From: Trichoplax sp. H2
Lineage: Eukaryota
Reading direction: 5' to 3'
DNA: 46,415 bases
NCBI GenBank assembly: GCA_003344405.1
Contig: NOWV01000170.1
Coordinates: forward strand, 124,001-170,415
The notes below the pieces were generated by a model that saw nothing but the letters and a program-made list of their open reading frames with translations, did not search any database and was not told the DNA's origin. The position numbers and the translations under genes are program-made. The first letter of the stretch is position 1. Each line of letters starts with the position of its first letter. Positions 26,407-43,249 of this stretch are shown here, in pieces.

Positions 26407-26836
26407 CGTGGAGTACAGAAGGGACTGGACGACTGGACGGTGGCCAGTCAAGATACAGAGTGCCTTCCACGCAGTACTGTACAGTATGGCACATTAGTAT
26501 ACAGTACTAAGTATAGGCGAGAAGACAAGATGGATGGATGGAAGGATCATCCAAGCGGCCCCTTGCCACACTTTGGAGTCCAGTGTTTGAAGTTGCTTGT
26601 CTCGTCTTACTCGTTTCTACCCCAACCGACAAACCAATTTGCATAGTGGATTGCTGCTCATCGCTCCACTTGGCCATCATTTCCACTGCAATTCTTCAAG
26701 AAATCTGCATGATTTCAACTGGACAAGCTGCAATTACTCTCCATTTGGATTGATTTCTTGTGCTGGCTACTCGATCCAGTGACATCGATTCCCTTGATCA
26801 ATCATTGACCATTTTGTAAGGCCCCATTGACTGACA

Positions 26837-29800
26837 ATGGGATTGTTTTTCTCCAGAATATGGAGTCTGTTTACGACCAGAGGTAAATAGCCATGGAGGA
26901 AAAAAGTTTTTTTTTTCCTCCTCCTTGTATTGATTGATTGATGTTTACTGTCCCCAATTCTACCATCATCATTGGATAGAAATGCAATTTCATCCAGCCT
27001 GTACCATCATACTGATCGTCTACCAATAGATTGACAAATGAGTCATCGTAGTCAACACCAAGTGGATTGGATAGCGTTGCTGGATCGCTTGCAAGATGAT
27101 CCACCAGTCACACTTTGATCATGCTAACAATCATCTAGTCGCTACAATATTCTAGTTATACGCCTCCATTGGATGGAAGTAGTATTAGTTACAGCAAGGA
27201 AAGAGTATAGTATTTATGGCATTCGGCTGCTTTTGACAGCAAGTTAAAATAACCATCGATAGACGTGATGCGTGGTATAATCATGATGGAGTAGACAGAG
27301 TTTTGACGTCGTCCTCAATAGGGGTTAACCATCAACTTCTCTCCCATCCAGCCTACAAGCTTTTTCAAGGCGGATGGAGTTCCATCTTTCCGTTCACCTT
27401 GTCCAGTAGTGGGCGATTATAGATAGCAATAAAGGTTATAACTTTGCTTTTTCAATCCAGAATAACTGTCGATGATAGGTAGATACTACACATGACATTG
27501 CTGAGAAAATGAAAAGTCTTGCGAACGCTCAATTCACGACAATCGACAATTCCAGATAGTCGATGAAGAGAATCCCATGGTATTAGATTGGTCAGTGTAT
27601 CATCGATTGGAAGACTAACAATTTCATTTTGAAATACTGTAGACAAGGGTTGATCGATCAATAATCTTACTCTTACACGATATCAGTCGATAATACACAT
27701 CATGTCGATACTATCTGACCTCTTGAGATTGGCGTATACATTGCCATCTTCCGACAGCCATGATAATGATGAGGATTGATTGGGACTCATCAAAGCGAAG
27801 GACCAGCGCCGACATGCTAGACTATTTAACTTTGGTGTTTTTTGATGTAGCTTGATCACTTTGATATTGATAATCATGTACATGTAGAGCCTTCTTGACC
27901 CCTTTGCAGAGAGACCTTACACTATTTTAGGCTAACTTGAATATGAAAGGATTTAGTACTATATACGCCTATTTGAAAAAAATATCAAGTCATTGATATT
28001 ATAGAAATAAGGGGAATGATGGACGTAGTTCATTTTTCAACGTTTTACAAATAGCAGTGATTGTGGATTACTGTACTACTGGATTCCTTGATAGTACGTG
28101 TACATAGGAGAAGATTATTTCACATGAGCCAGTGAATGGGTAGCATTGGCTTTGCAATCAAGTCAAGGCTTGAAAACGCCATCTTATCCAAGCAATGATG
28201 ACAAAAAGATGGCCAGTGTAGTACTAATTTGATAATAACACGCTTGATCAACATAATCATTGACATCCTCGAGCGTCTATACTGTGATGGCTAGTTCGCC
28301 AAGACAGTATATCAAGTCTTATTATAGCTTGTACAGAAATCAATCCATGCATGTCATATTATTTATTAGTATAGTTAACATTTTATACCTCTATCGTTGT
28401 ATAAAACTCGAGTAAACACTTTCTTTGCAGGTGACAGTGATATCGACGACTATTTTTTGTCATCAAATGGATAAAATAATCCAAAGTTGACTGAAATGTT
28501 ATAGTCTTACACTGATCTGTAAAAATCTTGTATACTGTACTTATAAAAAATGGCTATTAGCCATACACTTGATCTACACTGCCATTAATTGCTTGACCAG
28601 GGATCTGAATTGGATAAGAAACAACATTTTGACCTCTTCTAACTGATGCTATGTTGTAGAACAATGATTCCCACTTCTGTCTTATGCAAAGTATATCTTG
28701 AAATGAGGCCTCCTTCATAATTTGGCCTTTACAAATATCATTCTATTCAATGAGCCATATTCGTAAGTTATCCAGCGTACGTTGACCTACTGTTCTACAA
28801 ATGAGAAAAGACTTACTGTTCTACAAATGGGAAAAGACTTACTGTTCTACAAATGAGAAAAGACCTACTCTTGACAGTGTATTCAGATTAGAGAACACAT
28901 ACGTAAACTTTTTTTTCCGACAGAATTGATTCACTTTTATACCCATACAGTGATCCTACGGTAGTGCAGCGTAAATTCTTGATTACTTCTTGCGATCATC
29001 GTCATAAGAGATGATTTATAAGGATGGAATACCCAATTGGTGTTGTTTATTTAACACGAGTAGATAGCTACGCTACACACTGCTGCAGCGGTTAGAGGAG
29101 CAGTTTGACTTTAACAACTTCGCTTTATTGATGTTAGCATACTTGCGTTGTCTTCATCGGCTTTTCTAAAGATACTGGTGTTGCCATAGGCGCTACCGTA
29201 ATTTCTTCCAGTGATGATAGAACGGTGCGCGTATGTAATAAACAGATGCTCAATGACTTCTTTCTTCGATAAACTGCCCTCAAGATTTTTTGCTTACGAA
29301 AAGATATGATCGACCATAAAGTAAAGTTTTGAAATCCTACTAGCATAATGTCAATACAAATCGTGTCATGGGATACAATGTTGTACAAATTAGTTGGGAC
29401 ATTCGATTTTTACTTTTACAATACCTATGATTGAATATTCCTCCATCACTAAAGCAGGCGGTTGGTGTAGAATTAATCCTAGTAGATTCTGTTACAAAAC
29501 AATATCATTTTTGCAGAGTACTGTATATCATATTACATGGGTAGTCAATGATCATCATTTGAGCAGATAGAGATATTGAAGTTCTCAAGTAGAAATGAAG
29601 CGACAAAATTTCCTAATACAATGATTAATTATAATGTCTCTAATCTCGAACGATTTACAACGTACATTCTAATCGAAAATACTATCCTACATCAACCAAC
29701 TAAATGATGAATTTATCCATTCCATGGATACTTCTTACAGTTCTCTCCTCGAGTTTATCATACATATCATAACATATGATCGCTCCAAGGATACGGTACA

Positions 29801-31693
29801 GTTTAATTTGCTTAAAGTCCTTAAGGCTTGAAATGGATACGTACAGTGTTGTTGATCTTGATTTTAAAAGGAATAATCATTTTTATTATGATGTTGGTAC
29901 TACTCTGTGACTATCCCTTGGAATGATTTTATTCAGTTTAGTAGGCTTAAAAGATTGTACGCTTTAAATGCATACTTTTCTATGTCTAACTTCTCCGTAA
30001 TATTGATCCGGAAATGTTATTTACTTCATTATGTTAGGCTGTATCTTTCAACCTTTAAAAATCCTAATTTCCTCGTTTTATCTCGTTGCTTTACAGAGCA
30101 TAAGATCATTATCGTTGGCTTGGATAATGCTGGGAAAACTACAATTTTATATCAGTTGTAAGTATTATTTTATAAATTATAGTGGAATAATAATAGACCA
30201 TCTATGTATTTCGCTGTGCAGCTTTAAATAGCAAATTTTTGATATACATTATTTACTCTTGTCATCGCAATCAGGATACAATCTATTGACAGAATAGATC
30301 ATTACTGACCAATGTTAACGCATTTAACTTACAGCCCATCTGAAATGATCGTATATTGCTTTTAAAATGATAATCCTATGTAAACCATTTTTTGTAACCA
30401 TTGAAACCCGCAAAGAACTCTTTAGAAATTAGATTAGTACGGACAAAAGACGATACATTTAACATGCTAGCGGATCAGGAGCGATCATAGGCTGCTATAG
30501 TTTGTAATTTGGAGTTGGAAATCAAAGTGAACTTTTTCTTTCATAATGTGTTGATGATATCCTTGTCCTTTCCAGTAAAGTAATCGTAAATTAGAATACT
30601 CAAAGTAAGAATAGAAGATAAAAATACAAAGTTCAACTGCGTCACAACATGAAAATCCTCGACGTAGTTGTAGATTATTATATTAAATAAATATACTAGT
30701 TAAGGTTAGCAATACTGGCGTAACTGCCACATCTTTGATTTCGTGGAGACAGTCAAATTTTATTGATGCGCGACGATGATAAAATATTATATTAATAATA
30801 TCACGTAGCAGCACATTAATCTGCTTATGGGTTGATTACTGGATAGAATTTCATGACTATGTTACAATTATTATGAATTACTAATATCTCTTTAAATCAC
30901 TTTTCGTTATGCCTGTATAGTGTCATGTCGGAAGTTGTTCATACTTCACCGACAATTGGAAGCAACGTTGAAGAAGTTATCTGGAAAAATTTTCATTTAC
31001 TAATGTGGGATATTGGAGGTCAAGAATCACTACGTTCATCATGGTCTACATACTATACGAATACCGAAGTAGGCCTTGTAGAAATAACTTTAATTAAGTA
31101 GATATTTAATTACTCCGTGACTGATTTTACCACAGTGCACCTAATGGGCTTACATAGACTAATTATAATTATATCGTACTTTCAATTGTTTGCTAGTTTC
31201 TTATAGTAGTTGTAGATAGCACTGATAGAGAAAGACTTGCCATTACAAGGGAAGAACTATACAGCATGTTATCTCATGAGGTAATTAATGATTTAAAATT
31301 AATTTCTTTTGTAAAGTACTGAAATATCCCCAAACTGCAATCTTGTTGTATCGTAACAGTGCTAAATCTTCATATATCTTCATCAGCAACTTTTGATTGG
31401 AAATAACTTTTTTTATAGGATTTAAAACAAGCTGGCTTACTTATATTTGCTAATAAGCAAGACATAAAAGGATGTCTAACTGCTGCAGAAATATCAAAAG
31501 AATTAAATTTAGCTTCTATTAAAGACCATGCTTGGCATATACAACCATGTTGTGCATTAACTGGTGAAGGGTAAGACACTTAAAAATTACAGAGTATCAT
31601 TAACAATATTATCGTATAAAATGTTAAAGCCTCATTTCTAATTCTAGATTATATAAAGGGCTAGAATGGATTATTTCTCACTTAAAGCACTAA
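26837..31693 (+). CDS. ARL5: ADP-ribosylation factor-like GTPase 5
   Basis: Exons 26837-26882, 30097-30157, 30921-31068, 31197-31280, 31419-31570, 31648-31693. Translation: [12 protein letters not shown] (myristoylation Gly2)...[20 protein letters not shown]...[15 protein letters not shown]...[21 protein letters not shown]...ANKQD...CCALTGEGL; these are ARL5-diagnostic residues. Confidence 0.96.
28784..28869. repeat. Minisatellite, 3.3 x 26 bp, in ARL5 intron 1
   Basis: GACYTACTGTTCTACAAATGRGAAAA repeated in tandem. Confidence 0.9.
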
Positions 31694-33001
31694 TGAAGCA
31701 GTATTGGCGCCTGACTCTTATTAGTTAGTTATTTATATGTCTTCTAAATGGATATCGAAAACGCATATTCCAATTGAATTTTTTGGAAATCTCGTAGCTG
31801 TATTTGATACCTAAACAACTTCAAGCTCAAACTGTAAACTTCGAATTGAAATTGCGAACATTTCTAAATAATCGCTTCGCGTTCATATCCACTTTCATCT
31901 TGTCTTGTTAATATACAATCTATTGATCGTCGCTATAGAATTGGGTATTTACAAATTGATACAGTACGTTTGTGGATGTACAAATAATGTGTATGTATTA
32001 GTTGTCAGAGATACCTTTTGATGTTATTTTTGAGAAAAGTGTAACGATTTAAAGTCAATAGGATAGCGCCGGCTATACTATTCCAATACTTTAATTCCAA
32101 TAATTTGCCCCTCAAAAATAACTTTTTATGACTTTTTATGTTGTACTAAGCGACTGGTCTTTCAAAGTATTATGCCAGCAACAGTTAGCTCTCAGATTTT
32201 AATTTGTAATACATCCTAAAATATTATTTCGGTAATGTATGTACTGTACTTAATGCGAATAATTCTATCGTTATAATTGCATTGATTCTAATATACTGTG
32301 CATGGTAAAAGTGCGGTACATACTGTATAAATAACCATACACTCACACTATAATGTTGATATCGGCTTTAAGAAAATCTGCATGCACTTTTACCTTTGTA
32401 TCGTACGAGAAAACGAAATTTAAATCTATTACGCAATATTTAGCAAAGATGAATGCTTCGGATTTCAGATATTTGGCCCCCATAATTAATTCAATATTGG
32501 GCATTACTATATTATCAATTATGTGTTTATTAAATATATTATAAAATATATGCTATAATACTGAGCTACTTGCCTGGCTATCTTTTTAAGCAGGTATTAA
32601 CATGATGCAAAACTAAATCTAGAAATTCAATATTACTGTAACTACTCTTCAGATATTGCTTGTTATCAGAATACTCGTTGTTTTGTAAATAATGCATTAG
32701 CAAAATCTCGTTTCCCTGCTGCTGAATTGCTTGTGATTTCGTTCGTTATTATGAAAGGTTATATATGAATAAAATGCTATAAAATATTCATCATTGATTA
32801 TCGAGTGCGCTTTTTGACTCAAGACATACCATTCAAGTTTTCTCGATTAGTAGGTATTATGCAGTGCAACTATTATACCGTCGAAAGCTTTGAACTTGTT
32901 GAAAAGTTTTACTAACACCTATCTAGCTCAATCCTTACCAACATATACAAGGCTGAGGAAAAATGACAAGAAAGTCTACACCAATGTTATAATTTGAATC
33001 A

Positions 33002-33007
33002 TTTATT
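33002..33007 (-). terminator. Probable poly(A) signal of ATP synthase beta
   Basis: AATAAA on the minus strand about 140 nt after the stop codon; background frequency is high in AT-rich DNA. Confidence 0.45.
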
Positions 33008-33148
33008 GTCGATTCAGTTATACAATGTAGCTATAGAAAAGCAGACATAACAACTACCCACAATCCAAACTGTTAGTCTAAGGCATAAATCCATTTCTGT
33101 AGTTGCTTATTAAGGGAATTAATTCGCAAATAGTTAGTTGGTATTTAT

Positions 33149-36273
<3,125 letters not shown>

Positions 36274-36312
36274 CTTTTGCCAGTAGGCACACGCGAACTG
36301 AGAGCTGATCAA

Positions 36313-36331
36313 CGCTTTGCATTATGGGATA
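36313..36331 (-). promoter_or_regulatory. ZNF143/Staf-like site (SBS) just upstream of the ATP synthase beta ATG
   Basis: Minus strand reads TATCCCATAATGCAAAGCG (SBS core TCCCAnnATGCA). A YY1-like AAGATGGCG overlaps the start codon. Confidence 0.45.
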
Positions 36332-36625
36332 TCCTTGGCGTGACCGTCTGCGAGTCAATGCGGTGCGGTACCCCTGCAACAGTATCGTCCGTTGGTCTTG
36401 CCTTTCATCCCTGGTCATGACCATGGTACAGTAGGCCAGATACTAGACACAGTATAGTACGAGTCGTCATGTTTTAGCAGACCTCCAGGCAACGCGCTAC
36501 AGTACCGTACCGTACCGTATTCTACAGCACAGTACTGTAGAATAACGGTCAATCCGTGGTCATGATTATACAGTACAGTACATACAACTGTTGGTACTGT
36601 ATGGATTGTACTGTACTGGACACAA

Positions 36626-38101
36626 GTGGACAGCAGACTACAGTACTGAGTACTGTGCAGTACAGCAGTACATTGTACTGTAGCCAAGGTTTCAAATGCT
36701 GCAATATTGCGTACCGTGCAGTCTACTGTACTGTACTGTACAGTACTGTACGGCTCTTCTTTCACCTGCCGCACTGGACAGCAGACTACAGTACTGTACT
36801 GAGTACTGTGCAGCACAGCAGTACATTGTACTGTAGTTAAGGTTTCAAAATGCTGCAATATTGCGTACCGTGCAGTCTACTGTACAGTACTGTACGGCTC
36901 TTCTTTCACCTGCCGCACTAGACAGCAGACTACAGTACTGAGTACTGTGCAGCATATCAGTACATTGTACTGTAGCCAAGGTTTCAAAATGCTGCAATAC
37001 TGTACAGTATTGCGTACCGTGCAGTCTACTGTACAGTGTACAGTACTGTACGGCTCTTCTTTCACCTGCCGCACTGGACAGCAGACTACAGTACTGAGTA
37101 CTGTGCAGCACAGCAGTACATTGTACTGTAGCCAAGGTTTCAAAATGTTGCAATATTGCGTACCGTGCAGTCTACGTACAGTATTGCACAGTAGAGGTCG
37201 CTAAAAGCAGCTGCAACGCAACCATTTGCATTTGCACTGTACTGTACTGTACGGCTCTTCTTTCACCTGCCGCAGTGGACAGCAGACTACAGTACTGAGT
37301 ACTGTGCAGCACAGCAGTACATTGTACTGTAGCCAAGGTTTCAAAATGTTGCAATATTGCGTACCGTGCAGTCTACGTACAGTATTGCACAGTAGAGGTC
37401 GCTAAAAGCAGCTGCAACGCAACCATTTGCATTTGCACTGTACTGTACTGTACGGCTCTTCTTTCACCTGCCGCAGTGGACAGCAGACTACAGTACTGAG
37501 TACTGTGCAGCACAGCAGTACATTGTACTGTAGCCAAGGTTTCAAAATGTTGCAATATTGCGTACCGTGCAGTCTACGTACAGTATTGCACAGTAGAGGT
37601 CGCTAAAAGCAGCTGCAACGCAACCATTTGCATTTGCACTGTACTGTACTGTACGGCTCTTCTTTCACCTGCCGCAGTGGACAGCAGACTACAGTACTGA
37701 GTACTGTGCAGCACAGCAGTACATTGTACTGTAGCCAAGGTTTCAAAATGTTGCAATATTGCGTACCGTGCAGTCTACGTACAGTATTGCACAGTAGAGG
37801 TCGCTAAAAGCAGCTGCAACGCAACCATTTGCATTTGCACTGTACTGTACTGTACGGCTCTTCTTTCACCTGCCGCAGTGGACAGCAGACTACAGTACTG
37901 AGTACTGTGCAGCACAGCAGTACATTGTACTGTAGCCAAGGTTTCAAAATGTTGCAATATTGCGTACCGTGCAGTCTACGTATTGTATTGTACAGTAGAA
38001 GTCGCTTTAAAAGCAGCTGCTGACAGCAGTACTATACTGACAGCCATGACGCAACCATTTGCATTTGCACTGTACTATGGCTCTTCTCTCACCTGCCGCA
38101 G
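36626..38101. repeat. Compound tandem array: several ~130-155 bp units, then 4 apparently identical 201 bp units
   Basis: Core CTGTACGGCTCTTCTTTCACCTGCCGCA...CCAAGGTTTCAAAATG...GTGCAGTCTAC occurs about 8 times. Period 201 across ~37176-37979 (identical ORF translations at 37172, 37373, 37574 and 37775). Confidence 0.96.
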
Positions 38102-38459
38102 CAGGCGCAACATGGTGGGGGTCAGTCAGTCCCATCAAGACGGAATAGAGAAAAGAGAAAAAAATCGCCATCTCTTCTTACCTTGATGGCTAGTCCTCCC
38201 TCGTAGTCGTAGACTATGGTACTGTAGTCTGCCCATTTCCCAATTTGACCGCACTGTACTGTACGTAGTGTACTAGAGGCAAGTTCACGACATGTCACAT
38301 TACTGTCATAACATACCATATGGGTTGGATGATTAAATCAGTCAACATGATGGCAGATGGGTGGTGCAGTTTCAATCAAAATGCATGTACAACAAGACAT
38401 TGACTTGATCAACTGCTCCATCAACATATAACTCAATGTGATCCATTTTTGGTCTACAG

Positions 38460-39240
38460 TGATGATGACTGATTTGCAAAAAGGCGTCAAGGGATTCTTG
38501 TCCCTTTCTTCCTTCACCTTTTCAAGTGGTCCCTGTCCTCTTTGCTACCAATACAGTACAGTACAGCACACTACAGTACTCTTTGCTTTTGTCCACGGTA
38601 CTGTACACTGTACAGTCTTCAACTACTGGGTTCAGTAGAGTACAGTACAATACGATACATTTGGCTCTGAAGTTACAGTACTGTATGTACTGTATGATGA
38701 CTAATTTGCAAAAAGACGTCAAGGGATTCTTGTCCATTTCTTCCTTCACCTTTTCAAGAGGTCCCTGTCCTCTTTGCTACCAGTACAGTACAGTACAGTA
38801 CTCTTTGCTTTTGTCCACGGTACTGTACACTGTACACTGTACAGTCTTCAACTACTGAGTTCATTACAGTACAATGCGAAGTACATTTGGCTCTGCAGTT
38901 ACAGTACTGTACTGTACTGTACAGTACTGTACTGTATGATGACTGATTTGCAAAAAGGCGTCAAGGGATTCTTGTCCACAGTCTTCAACTACATTTGGCT
39001 CTGCAGTTACAGTACTGTACTGTACAGTGTACAGTATGATGACTGATTTGCAAAAAGGCGTCAAGGGATTCTTGTCCACAGTCTTCAACTACTGGGTTCA
39101 GTACAGTACTGTACTATACAAATGCGATACATTTTAGTATGATGACTGATTTGCAAAAAGACGTCTAGGGATTCTTGTCCCTTTCTTCCTTCACCTTTTC
39201 AAGAGGTCCCTGTCCTCTTTGCTACCAATACAGTACAGTA
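38460..39240. repeat. Irregular tandem array, 5 copies (units ~100-240 bp), upstream of TMEM106
   Basis: Head ATGATGACTRATTTGCAAAAAGRCGTCWAGGGATTCTTGTCC at 38462, 38694, 38936, 39036 and 39139, with internally deleted copies and CAGTA tracts. Confidence 0.93.
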
Positions 39241-39436
39241 TCATACTTCCGATATGTACTGTAGATCTGACCCGTCATGCGTCTTGTCATTACAGCTCAT
39301 AGCACTCTTGTACAACAGTACGTACTGTACTGCACATGTGCACAGGTCTGACGCACACACCATATCAGCCTTCTGTACCTGTTGTGGACCGGAACGGACT
39401 AAATATCGACCTGAGGAAAACGTCAGTTGTCAAGAA

Positions 39437-39472
39437 TGACGTCAGCGGTCAGACATTGCCATGTCATGTGAC
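39437..39472 (+). promoter_or_regulatory. CRE plus CLEAR/M-box-type E-box in the TMEM106 promoter
   Basis: Perfect TGACGTCA 39437-39444 and GTCATGTGAC 39463-39472, about 360-400 bp upstream of the ATG. Confidence 0.55.
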
Positions 39473-39830
39473 TCACTCTACCGTACTTTGACAATTTTTA
39501 CATTGAGTCAATACTGACTGAGCACTCAGTCTGTTTCCAGTCCTATCATCTAGCGTTTTCGTTGTGCTGTACAGTGTACAGTAGAAAGACTAAAACCGTC
39601 CACCAAACGACGAGCAGAAAATCAATCGAAGAGATTCCTCTTCAACGCATCCATTGCCTATTTACTCTTCTAGACAACGCTTGTTATTCAGCATGATCAA
39701 GTAGATCATTTCTCCATCCACCAACAATTTATCCATACATTCATTGATTTGGTAGTCAAAGTGAATTGAGATTCCATTGCAAGAAACGTAGACTGTTGTC
39801 CATCTTTGAAATCACTGCTTACCTCGGTGG

Positions 39831-42800
39831 ATGAAAGATATGGCTGAAGATACTCATCGTTACTTGTCTCATTTTTATAATACCAACGCAAAGACGCAAT
39901 CAAGAACGGAAAAATGTCCAACTTGTAATGGAACTGGTAAATTGGTTGCAAGTATGTCAGATAGAATCTATTTTATTCTAGCAATGGTACTAGTCACAAA
40001 TGATCGTACTCACTGTATGAAAATAGACAGTGGCACATGATAATTACTCACTATAGCCCAATCTCTCCAAATAGTATTTCACATTCAGGCAGAAGTGGAT
40101 GTAGTCAATTTGCCCATGACTACAGAATCAGGATTGATTCAATGAAGAAATACATTTTGAGTATTACAATGCAGATATCGCCATATTCTTTGTAGTCCAA
40201 ATTCACCTCCACTTTACAAGGCGTAGAGCTATCAGTTAGCCATTCTTAGACTTCTTTCTTCGTGCTTGATCACTCATTCACCGACGAGTACATGTACACT
40301 CTACAGTAGGATACTGTCCACCACGATTCCCTCTATGTTCGTCTTTGTCTTGTGCTATCGTATTAAACTGCTTACATCGATCCTTGATCATTACTGTTTT
40401 ATCAATGCATGGTGGAAATAAGTCAATTAGCAAATATTCATATGTTGATCTGTCAACAATGACTTTATTGTGAAAGCCAATTGGGTAAATTCCAATTTCC
40501 AAATTCTACCATAGACGAGTATTGCTACATTCACGTACAGTTAAGTGCCCATACGCAATTACAATGTCACGCCTGTAAAGTAAAACTGGGACACCATTTC
40601 CTAAATCAAGAGATAGTTCAGCCAGACCCAAATACCTTCAAGAGTTAAAACAAGTACAGTATTATGGACGCGTTAGTAAAAATAATAATAATAATAATAG
40701 ACGCGTAGTCTGCAGCGATTACACTGACAACATTATATCTTGCTAGTGCTAGGATATCGATTGATACACAACTAGGCTATCCTTTAATCTTGCTATTCAA
40801 TAGCTTAGTAAGTCAAAAACTAAATCTGAATTCGCTAGGGATGAAGTGCAAAGATGTTTTATAAAGGAATTCTTTCCACTTACTCAATTTTAGTAGATCC
40901 CATTCCATGACTTACTAAAATAACAAACAATCTAGCGAATTTATGAACAATTTACTCTTTACCGTTACTGTGTATATTATATAAATTGATGCAAATAGGC
41001 TAACCCTAGCTGTAGCGTACAGTACAGTCAAAGTAGTCGAATAGCCTAATCGTACACGCTCAGTCTAATTATACTGTCCTATATAATCGTGCAACATTTA
41101 GACCAAGATGAATTAGTAGCACTGATTCCGTATGGCGATAGCCGTTTGAAGCCTCGTCGGACGTAAGTACAAATGATTAATTGTATATGTACAATTGGAG
41201 AATGTATTTACGCGCAAATCTTTACTTATCAGATACAACATGTACTATACAGTATATCTTTATGGAATTCATTTAGCTAGACTAGATTACTACATCGGAT
41301 ACGAATTCGTGAATTTGTTTTCATCTCTTCCTGTGTCATGTACAAAAATACTTGCATAGATGGATTCATCTTGTAACCGAACCAAAATACGAAGTCTGAT
41401 AGCGAATAACTTGAACTTTAATTCAGCCTATGCAATGATGAAGAATAAAAATTTTTAGACACCTTCCATTTGTAGACATTCTATTCATAATTTAGTACAG
41501 ATAGTAAATCAGTGTAGAATTTCCGTATAAATGCATAGCTTACAGTTAGGAGTTTGTAACAGTTCGCATAATCAGATTAGATTCAAACATTTTCATACAA
41601 ACTTTCACTTGTCATAGTACTCAGCCAAACAAACGTATACGTAGATTCATTAGTTCTATGAAGCGGAAACGGTTCGTTACTATAGTCAAATGCTGTACTT
41701 TATATTATACATGCATTGCGTATTACTACCAGTTGTGCATAATTTCATAAAGTTATTCAGGTGCTAAGATTTTGACCCAAATTTTAAAAATCAATTTCTA
41801 ATTCCTCATTTTGGCTATTTTTGTTTACAGGAAACTAATAATCGGAGTTACCGTTGTTATCTGCCTTGGCGTAGCCATCCTTCTCACTTTCCTCCTATTC
41901 CCTCGTGATATTTCTATATCAACAGTAAATGCTCAATCTGAAAGTGTTTTCATTAGCAATAAAACGAATCCGTACATTTCTGTCTTGGTGAGTCAAGTCT
42001 TCAACAATGCTAATGCTTACTTTAAACTTTGATTGTACGTGTATATTGCAATTCGAAACTTTTTACTGTAATTTCAATTAGAATCACTGTATTGCTGGTA
42101 CTTGAAATATTTGGAGACTAGTAAATAAAATTCTATACCTTCTACCAGAGTCAATTGAAATAAAAATGATGTATTAAATCGTAGTTGTCGACTTAATAGC
42201 GTCATGATCATTTAACTTGAAGGTGTTACTGTAAATAGACAGTACTATATATAGACATATTGACGATATGACAGTGAATAGTAGCTATGTACATTAAACT
42301 TGATTAAAGTGCTCTGATGCAGAATAGCTTGCATTACGCTTATTTCATTATATATAGTGTAGTATTCCTACGCAGTATCTATTATTTTGAATATTTGCAC
42401 TATTAGTAGAGAATTGTAGGATATGCTAAAATCTATTCGTATGGCATATAAATAATTAGAACATTGGCTTAGTATGGTTGACGCTTTACTATCATTATTA
42501 TTTCTTTACAACTTCTCTATAATCTGATGCATTTTACAATTTACAGGTAACTCTAAAAATCCAAAATAAGAATTACCTTTCTAGTACAATTAGTCAAATC
42601 AATTTGAAAGCTTCTTATGCCGATTATATTGTCGGCTATGCATCACCAAACGCCATAACTATAGCACCACTCTCTACAGTAACGGTAAGCTGTTCATAAA
42701 CTCATTACATAGGTGCGGAATTGAACTTATAGCAATGATTGGGTTGCTAAGATTTTTCTGTCGCAGCCAGTAATTTTTCGTATATTTTGCATTTCTTTGT

Positions 42801-43249
42801 AGCTCAACGCTACTGTAGTAACGAAATATACCAAACGTGTTGCGACAAAATTAAAGTAAGATTACTATAAGCAATTTATTGTCTTTAGCAACCGAATACC
42901 ATTTCGCCTTTTCATTCGCACTTTGTAACGTTCCAATAGTCTGCAATTGATATCTTTATTTTTAATTGACATTTATCCAATAGATATACTTGTTCTATCG
43001 GCAATTGGCCCCATTATGTTTTGGAACTGTTTGAGTAAGTATGCAGAGTGATCTAATCGCTATACTATAATAATATTATATAGAAAAGAAGTCACTTTTT
43101 AATACGCGTATTCTATTTTTTGTAGAACTACTGCGCAATGCTCTACAGTTTTTCAATCTTTTGCTACTTCGACCAGCTTCGCAACTTTTATTGATTGCCA
43201 TGAATCGAATAGTGTAGTTCCTGTACATCACGAAGTCAAGAAAGGATAA
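39831..43249 (+). CDS. TMEM106: Transmembrane protein 106 family (lysosomal type II membrane protein)
   Basis: Exons 39831 (or 39840)-39951, 41102-41162, 41831-41987, 42547-42684, 42803-42855, 42984-43034, 43126-43249. CPTCNGTGKL...QDELVALIPYGDSRLKPRRTK, a TM helix ending FLLFPR, a luminal domain (IQNKNY, N-glycan sequons) and C-terminal FIDC. Confidence 0.93.

Noticed and set aside
36415..39088. Many ORFs rich in YSTV/QYC/TVLYC, including four identical 60 aa ORFs
   Set aside because: They are translations of the tandem arrays and TACTG tracts, open on both strands, with no splice or homology support.
38462..39180. Box C/D snoRNA cluster (TGATGA and CTGA in each repeat head)
   Set aside because: The C- and D-like motifs are directly adjacent, with no guide region or terminal stem; the locus is an intergenic repeat.
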